Sequence record: OR644643.1
Direction: 5' to 3' (one strand)
DNA: 64,000 nucleotides
Origin: Klebsiella phage NU-KP11
The stretch's first letter is position 1, and each line of letters starts with the position of its first letter. The translations under genes and the position numbers were made by a program. The notes beneath the pieces were generated by a model. The model saw only the letters and a list, made by a program, of their open reading frames with translations. It did no database searches and was not told where the DNA came from. Below are positions 58,899-64,000 of this stretch, in pieces.

Positions 58899-59439
58899 TA
58901 TGAACAGAACACGTTTAATGTATCTTGTTAACAGTGTACGAAAAGAAGTTAGCGAGGCGTTTACTAGCGCGTTAGGTGACTGGTATACAATCAAGGTAGC
59001 GGCTACTGCTGACCACATTGCAGATCGCTTTAAAGACCGTTCAGTATCGATTAAAAAAGATATTGAAACTTATCGCGATATCATGATGAGTCTAGCAAAT
59101 CATTATTCGTGTTATGTTCTAACCTACGCTGTGAAGGCCAAAACAGAAGGGACACAGGAAGTTATTGTTTATCGTCGGGTAAATGGTAAAATCTTTGCCT
59201 GTCCTATCACTGTTCAAATGTTCTTTAACGAAGGTGAAGAGAAGCCAGTGATCGCTATACGGTTGCGAACGGTGATCCCTGAGTATGTTTCTTTAGCTAA
59301 CAGAAAAACAATCCAGGTTAACTACGTTCCACCAAAAATCAATTTTGAATACGACGGTTATCGTCGGGTTATGTCCCGCCTGGATCGTCTAATCGCTTCT
59401 AAAGATTGTCCTCCGCAACTTTGGATGTTGAAAAACTGA
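58899..59439 (+). CDS. Hypothetical protein (about 180 aa)
   Basis: ATG with RBS TGAGGA, immediately after the stop of the preceding gene. The track's upstream extension overlaps the previous gene. Confidence 0.5.
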
Positions 59440-59445
59440 AAAAAA

Positions 59446-59480
59446 GCCCTTGCATTCGTGCAGGGGCTTTGTTATATTGG
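59446..59480 (+). terminator. Terminator cassette GCCCTTGCATTCGTGCAGGGGC followed by TTTGTTATATT (copy 1)
   Basis: A 9-bp stem with a UUCG loop. A nearly identical copy lies at about 63856. Confidence 0.55.
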
Positions 59481-59886
59481 CCTTGTCGAAACAAAGGAGG
59501 CTATCATGAAACTTTACTGGTTAATTTTCTCAAACGGGTTTGTTATGAAAGGAACTGTTCACTGTGCAAAAACGTATTGTGAGTGGAACAATTGCACTTT
59601 CAAGATCCTGAGTGTTGCGGCGTCTCAACCTGTAGGGGATTACTAATGACTGGTGATAAGTGGGTTGATAAAACTTTGTTGTTGACTTTGGTTTATATTA
59701 TGGTAAGATACTTAATATAGAAAAAGGAGGATATCATGAGAAACTTAATGAACATCGCAGAACTCATCGCATACGGCAGCTCACTCTATGTTTTGGCGCA
59801 CGGTGACGGAAAAGGTTACTTAATTTTCTTTGGTATCGGCCTTGCTATCTCTTTCATCAAAAAATTCTTTAAGTGAGAAATATATT

Positions 59887-60222
59887 ATGGCTAAACCATC
59901 CGGCAAAAAATATAACGTCATTGATGTTTATAGAATGACTTTAAAAGACTTTGAAAACATGTGTCGGGCTTATGGTAGTTCTACCACCCTTCGCGAACTG
60001 GCAGAGTCTGCTAAAAAAGAACGTCCTCATGTTTGCCCGAAATGCAACGGAAAAGGTTATGAAACCATTCGTTATAACGCATATCCGTCTGGGTTGCCAG
60101 ATTCTGGATGGGTCGAAGATATGAAAGATTTCAACAAAGAATGTGACCTGTGTAATGGTCATGGGCGCACCAAAGATAAATTTGTTGCAAAACCTGTTAA
60201 AGTGGAATATGTAAAATCATGA
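59887..60222 (+). CDS. Small protein with two DnaJ-type CxxCxGxG zinc-finger motifs
   Basis: CPKCNGKGYE and CDLCNGHGRT. Confidence 0.45.
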   Translation: MAKPSGKKYNVIDVYRMTLKDFENMCRAYGSSTTLRELAESAKKERPHVCPKCNGKGYETIRYNAYPSGLPDSGWVEDMKDFNKECDLCNGHGRTKDKFVAKPVKVEYVKS

Positions 60223-60512
60223 AAATCGTCGATTTGATTAAAATGGCTAATGGCCTTGTAACAAGCGATCATTATGCCGACTATTGCGAACAGTATGAGG
60301 TGCCACTGCAACGCGCGATCAATCAATCCGGGTATGATGGTGTTAGCGAAATCACCACCGAAAACCTGAAAACATTCATCGTGTTTGCTAACACCTTCTG
60401 GATGTATCTACCGGATAATCCTGGTATTCGTCAACCTGCATTCTTTACGCTTTGCACCTTCTGTGAAACGTATTTGCCTGATTGTGAGGATTTCGAAGAA
60501 ATCTATGGCTAA
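60219..60512 (+). CDS. Hypothetical protein (97 aa)
   Basis: ORF with a 4-nt overlap, in the e.x-like early cluster. Confidence 0.45.
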   Translation: MKIVDLIKMANGLVTSDHYADYCEQYEVPLQRAINQSGYDGVSEITTENLKTFIVFANTFWMYLPDNPGIRQPAFFTLCTFCETYLPDCEDFEEIYG

Positions 60513-60756
60513 AGTAGAGTTGATGTATCTTGATAAACCAACTGGATCTGTTTTCCCTTGTGGGTTTGCTGATAGTGCGGAACAAATGATGTCTATCGCG
60601 TTTTCTCCCAGCATGAAGCCGATCCCTGGTTTAGATGAAAATGTAATGAATGAGTGTAACCAGAACGGAAAAGTATGGTATACTCGACACGAAGGGAATG
60701 TTGTTTATCACTCCACCCTCGAAAACCTTAAATCTGAAATAGGCTATACAAAATGA
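60510..60756 (+). CDS. Hypothetical protein (about 82 aa, MAKVELMYLD...)
   Basis: An ATG inside the track's longer ORF, overlapping its upstream neighbour by 3 nt. Confidence 0.4.
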
Positions 60757-60998
60757 ATATTGAACATGTATTTGCACAGGCATTAGAACAGAAATTAAAC
60801 GCAGAACTCGATCTGTACCGTTATGACATGGAAGAACAGATTCGCGGCGATCACAAAAACAGTCTGGAACATGAATCCAGTCGCCGCGAAGTGTGGAAAC
60901 ATACCTTCTTTGAAAATCTCCAGGCTGGTGTGGCAAAAGCCAGTGCTCGCGCTAACAACGCACTTGAAGCATTTGATAACGCTTTTGCAGGTGAATAA
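60753..60998 (+). CDS. Hypothetical protein (81 aa)
   Basis: ORF with a 4-nt overlap. Confidence 0.45.
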   Translation: MNIEHVFAQALEQKLNAELDLYRYDMEEQIRGDHKNSLEHESSRREVWKHTFFENLQAGVAKASARANNALEAFDNAFAGE

Positions 60999-61406
60999 AT
61001 GGAACTATCAGCGGGTATTATCTTTGTTAAAGATGGTGCCGTGTTGATGGGCCATGCCACTGAAACGCCCCATTGGGATATTCCGAAGGGGCATGTTGAA
61101 AAGGGCGAAACTCATATTGACGCGGCGATCCGCGAATGCTTCGAAGAAACAGGATTTGAAGTGTTCGCGGAGGAATTGGTTAGTCTGGGTGTTCTCGATT
61201 ACACGAAAACAAAAAACCTTGCTTTATTCCTCTATGTAGGGCAAGATTACCCAGTAGCGGAAGAATGCTATTGTGCATCAACTTTCGTTAAGAACGGACG
61301 GACTATACGTGAAATGGATGATTTTAAATATGTCCCGATCTCACAGATTCCGTCACATGCACGTAAAACGATGGGGCAACTACTGCCTAAAATTTTAGCA
61401 AGATGA
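60999..61406 (+). CDS. nudE: Nudix hydrolase (NudE-like, T4 e.1 family)
   Basis: The Nudix box reads GHVEKGETHIDAAIRECFEETGFEV, matching Gx5Ex7REUxEExGU. Confidence 0.8.
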   Translation: MELSAGIIFVKDGAVLMGHATETPHWDIPKGHVEKGETHIDAAIRECFEETGFEVFAEELVSLGVLDYTKTKNLALFLYVGQDYPVAEECYCASTFVKNGRTIREMDDFKYVPISQIPSHARKTMGQLLPKILAR

Positions 61407-61416
61407 GAAATATATC

Positions 61417-61800
61417 ATGGAAAATCAACTGACTTTAATCGATATCTGCAAATCAATTCGTGATGCTGTTTTAACCAAAGCATCCGAAGTCACTGTTTAC
61501 TCTTCATGGAGTGCTGAATTCGGCTATGAAGAAATTGTAAACTTCCCCGACCGCCTCAAAAATACCAAATGGTTCCGTTATATCGATCCTAATGATCTTT
61601 CCCTTAATGAACTGGAAGAACTCAATTTCAGTCGCTGGGATGAACATAGCGGCCTACGCCTGATCCCTTTGTGGTTGTTACCATACATCGATCCGGAAGC
61701 AAAGGTTATCTGCATTGATGGTAACGAAGTTCTGTTTAAAGATGCAGATAATGATCATCGTTTCGGTATGTTGGCCTACGGTGTGAAACCAAAGGCATAA
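61417..61800 (+). CDS. Hypothetical protein (127 aa)
   Basis: ORF with an upstream RBS. Confidence 0.45.
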   Translation: MENQLTLIDICKSIRDAVLTKASEVTVYSSWSAEFGYEEIVNFPDRLKNTKWFRYIDPNDLSLNELEELNFSRWDEHSGLRLIPLWLLPYIDPEAKVICIDGNEVLFKDADNDHRFGMLAYGVKPKA

Positions 61801-61801
61801 T

Positions 61802-62059
61802 ATGAGATACGTCGATTTTAATACTCTATCTGAAATGGGCCTTGTTTGGCGCATTAACCGCGAAATCTTACACCCTCTGGGGCTTGCGCTTTCCCGTGAT
61901 GTAGAAACAGGTTCATCACCTGGCGCGTTAATAGCTGATGATGGTGTATGGCATTTCGACGAACTCACAAACGAAAGAAACGCAGAGAAGTTTTCTAAAG
62001 TTTTAGATTTACATCAAAGCGGAAATCTGTTAGATTATCTACAGAAGAACGCGAAATAG
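61802..62059 (+). CDS. Hypothetical protein (85 aa)
   Basis: ORF followed by a GGGGCTTCGGCCCC hairpin. Confidence 0.4.
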   Translation: MRYVDFNTLSEMGLVWRINREILHPLGLALSRDVETGSSPGALIADDGVWHFDELTNERNAEKFSKVLDLHQSGNLLDYLQKNAK

Positions 62060-62082
62060 GGGCTTCGGCCCCTTTGAGGATC
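62059..62082 (+). terminator. Hairpin GGGGCTTCGGCCCC followed by TTTGAGGATC. It combines a terminator with an RBS.
   Basis: It is a near-identical inverted copy of the 36920-36942 element. GAGGATC serves as the RBS of the downstream ORF. Confidence 0.5.
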
Positions 62083-62087
62083 ATATT

Positions 62088-62420
62088 ATGAATGGTAAAC
62101 GGGTTATTGTTGTTGGCGAATCAAAGCATAACGAAAAGGGCGATCATCTGATCATTAACAACGATCGGGGTGGATGGTACGGGGCGACACAAATAAAAAG
62201 CGGTTACGCAACGCTGGTTGAAAAAGATGCGGTTAGATTGGCAACGGCTAACGATCCTGGGTATTATGGTACTCGCGAAGAGTTTGAAAGCGAAAAGGAT
62301 CAAGAGATCGCAGAATTGAAAACACAGGTTCATAATGCGCGTGTGTACGCTGCAATGTGTTTCACTGTAGCGGTTATGATTACGATTATATACTGGATGG
62401 TGATACATAATGTCGGATGA
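62088..62420 (+). CDS. Hypothetical protein with a C-terminal transmembrane anchor
   Basis: The C-terminal AAMCFTVAVMITIIYWMVI is a hydrophobic helix. RBS GAGGATCATATTATG is present. Confidence 0.45.
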   Translation: MNGKRVIVVGESKHNEKGDHLIINNDRGGWYGATQIKSGYATLVEKDAVRLATANDPGYYGTREEFESEKDQEIAELKTQVHNARVYAAMCFTVAVMITIIYWMVIHNVG

Positions 62421-62937
62421 AATTGTAAGAAACCGTATTCGTGAGTTAAAAACTTTCCAAAGTCGCGATCATGCGATCATGGTTGGTAGTTACATTCACT
62501 GGTTCAAGAACAACGATCTGGATCTGAATCCGTCCTATCAGCGGCCCTACGTGTGGAAGCAGAAAGAGCAAGATGCTTTCATGAAAACTTTGATTACTGG
62601 GTTTCCTTGCGGTATCATTGCGATCGCGGTTGATAGCGAATTCAACGAATCTCGATGGGTAGAAGTCATCGATGGAAAACAACGCTTGACAACTATCATG
62701 AAATTCTGGAACAATGAAATTGGAATACCGATGCCTGACGGTTCCCGTTTGTTTTGGGGTGAAATGGAAAGACATGAACAACGTGCTTTCGAAAACATTT
62801 CATTGCCAGCGCTTGGACTCGATGAGTGCAACATAAAAGATCGGTTGAATTTCTTTTTGAAAGTGAACTTTGCAGGGGTTCCACAATCACCGGAACATAT
62901 GCAAGCAATTTTAACTATGTATGAGAATGCAAAATGA
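62410..62937 (+). CDS. Standalone DUF262 (ParB-like / GmrSD N-terminal domain) protein
   Basis: NPSYQRPYVWKQKEQ and IDGKQRLTTI are the two DUF262 signature motifs. Confidence 0.7.
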   Translation: MSDEIVRNRIRELKTFQSRDHAIMVGSYIHWFKNNDLDLNPSYQRPYVWKQKEQDAFMKTLITGFPCGIIAIAVDSEFNESRWVEVIDGKQRLTTIMKFWNNEIGIPMPDGSRLFWGEMERHEQRAFENISLPALGLDECNIKDRLNFFLKVNFAGVPQSPEHMQAILTMYENAK

Positions 62938-63848
62938 ATTTTACAACAGCGCCTTTTGAAACTGGTAAATGGTACTTCAAAAAACGTCAGAGTCGTATTC
63001 ATAGCTATACTTGCAAGAAAGACCATCTTTACTATCCGCAAGTAATGCAAGCTATGTGTGATACCGAAGGAAACATTCACTCTGTTATTGTTCCTTCTAA
63101 TAATTGTAAACTGAGTCTGGTTCAGCGCAAAATTCCTAAAGAATTCTATGTTCTTTATGAAGAGTTTACCCCTACTCACCTGGAAGAATCGTTATTTTTC
63201 AAACAGGGTAAGCGTTACAAGGTTTCTAACCGTGGGATCATTGATTGCCTGGCTGAAATCGATTTAGGGAAGTATGGTCATAACACATCGTTACGCCGCT
63301 TCCTTTCTTATGGTAGCAACCGACAGGAACAGCAGAACGTTATCTATATCAATAAAGTTGATATGCATGGTAACGCGATCCACATTCTGGGAAATTCATG
63401 CACCAGTGAAGTACAAAGTTCTTTCCGGACTAAAATTCCTGGATGGATGTTGATGTTTTTGGAAGAAGTAGGTGAAAATAAACCAGTCGTGGCAAAGGAT
63501 CCGGTCGAAACGATGATCCAGAATCATGAAACACTGGAAGAAACAACCCGCCGTGAACTCATCCAGGATGAAGTTGTGGATCTTCCAAAGGCAGAAGGAA
63601 TCATGGTAAGTCATGAAGATTTAGCCCTGCTTGATGCGGTCAAGTTTCTCATTGAACAAAGTTCTGTTGATTATGGTTCCCGTGCTCGTATTCAACTGAG
63701 TGCAGAAGGTTACACGTATGGTGTAGATTCTCCTGAATTCCTGATCAAGTGGGCCGAAAAACGCCGTAGTGAGTTGATGAAATATAGCGATGAACTCTTT
63801 AATAAAATCAATGAGTTGAAAGCAACAATCGAAAAATTACCAAAATAA
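62934..63848 (+). CDS. Hypothetical protein (304 aa), translationally coupled to the DUF262 gene
   Basis: ATGA overlap with the upstream gene. A terminator hairpin lies downstream. Confidence 0.5.
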   Translation: MNFTTAPFETGKWYFKKRQSRIHSYTCKKDHLYYPQVMQAMCDTEGNIHSVIVPSNNCKLSLVQRKIPKEFYVLYEEFTPTHLEESLFFKQGKRYKVSNRGIIDCLAEIDLGKYGHNTSLRRFLSYGSNRQEQQNVIYINKVDMHGNAIHILGNSCTSEVQSSFRTKIPGWMLMFLEEVGENKPVVAKDPVETMIQNHETLEETTRRELIQDEVVDLPKAEGIMVSHEDLALLDAVKFLIEQSSVDYGSRARIQLSAEGYTYGVDSPEFLIKWAEKRRSELMKYSDELFNKINELKATIEKLPK

Positions 63849-63855
63849 TCAAAAA

Positions 63856-63890
63856 GCCCTTGCATTAGTGCAGGGGCTTTGTTATATTAC
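63856..63890 (+). terminator. Terminator cassette GCCCTTGCATTAGTGCAGGGGC followed by TTTGTTATATT (copy 2)
   Basis: It differs from the copy at about 59446 by one loop nucleotide. Confidence 0.55.
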
Positions 63891-64000
63891 ACACATCGAA
63901 ACGAAACAGAGAAAGGAAAACACCATGAACATGAACAAAAATATTGCCGCTGTAGTTGGTTGTGAAGTTTCTAACGCAGAACGCTATGATAACGGTTTCT

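Overview
This window is a contiguous segment of a T4-like (Tevenvirinae-type) myovirus genome. Its proteins are clearly homologous to T4 proteins but diverged from them. Positions 1 to about 22.4 kb hold an early/accessory module, mostly on the minus strand. It encodes anaerobic ribonucleotide reductase NrdG (partial) and NrdD (with an N-terminal ATP cone), endonuclease VII (gp49), glutaredoxin NrdC, Dam methylase, nicotinamide phosphoribosyltransferase NadV, a DprA/SLOG-like protein, an HNH-AP2 homing endonuclease, RNA ligase 2 (RnlB), a truncated Tpt1-like ART-fold protein, a P-loop kinase, three HAD-family phosphatases, Hoc plus a free-standing Hoc C-terminal domain paralog, UvsW, UvsW.1 and UvsY. 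Positions 22.7 to 54.0 kb are an uninterrupted minus-strand late morphogenesis block: gp24, gp23, gp22, gp21, gp68, gp67, gp20, gp19, gp18, gp17, gp16, gp15, gp14, gp13, wac, gp12, gp11, gp10, gp9, gp8, gp7, gp6, an unusual 688-aa ORF, gp5 and gp53. Many of these genes are preceded by TATAAATA late promoters on the minus strand. Positions 54.0 to 64.0 kb hold gp4, gp2, an oppositely oriented 314 to 325-aa moron, gp3, gp1 (dNMP kinase), gp57A, a 57B-like 2H phosphoesterase, and an e.x-like early cluster that includes Nudix NudE and a standalone DUF262 protein. Other notable signals are listed here. Two roughly 250-bp AT-rich intergenic islands are densely packed with GATC (Dam) sites, and one of them sits upstream of uvsY where T4 oriF lies. 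Several families of repeated tetraloop terminator cassettes occur. Fibritin carries a Hoc-like Ig domain at its C terminus. No tRNA or CRISPR was found. My manual coordinates for non-ORF elements are approximate (within about 3 nt).
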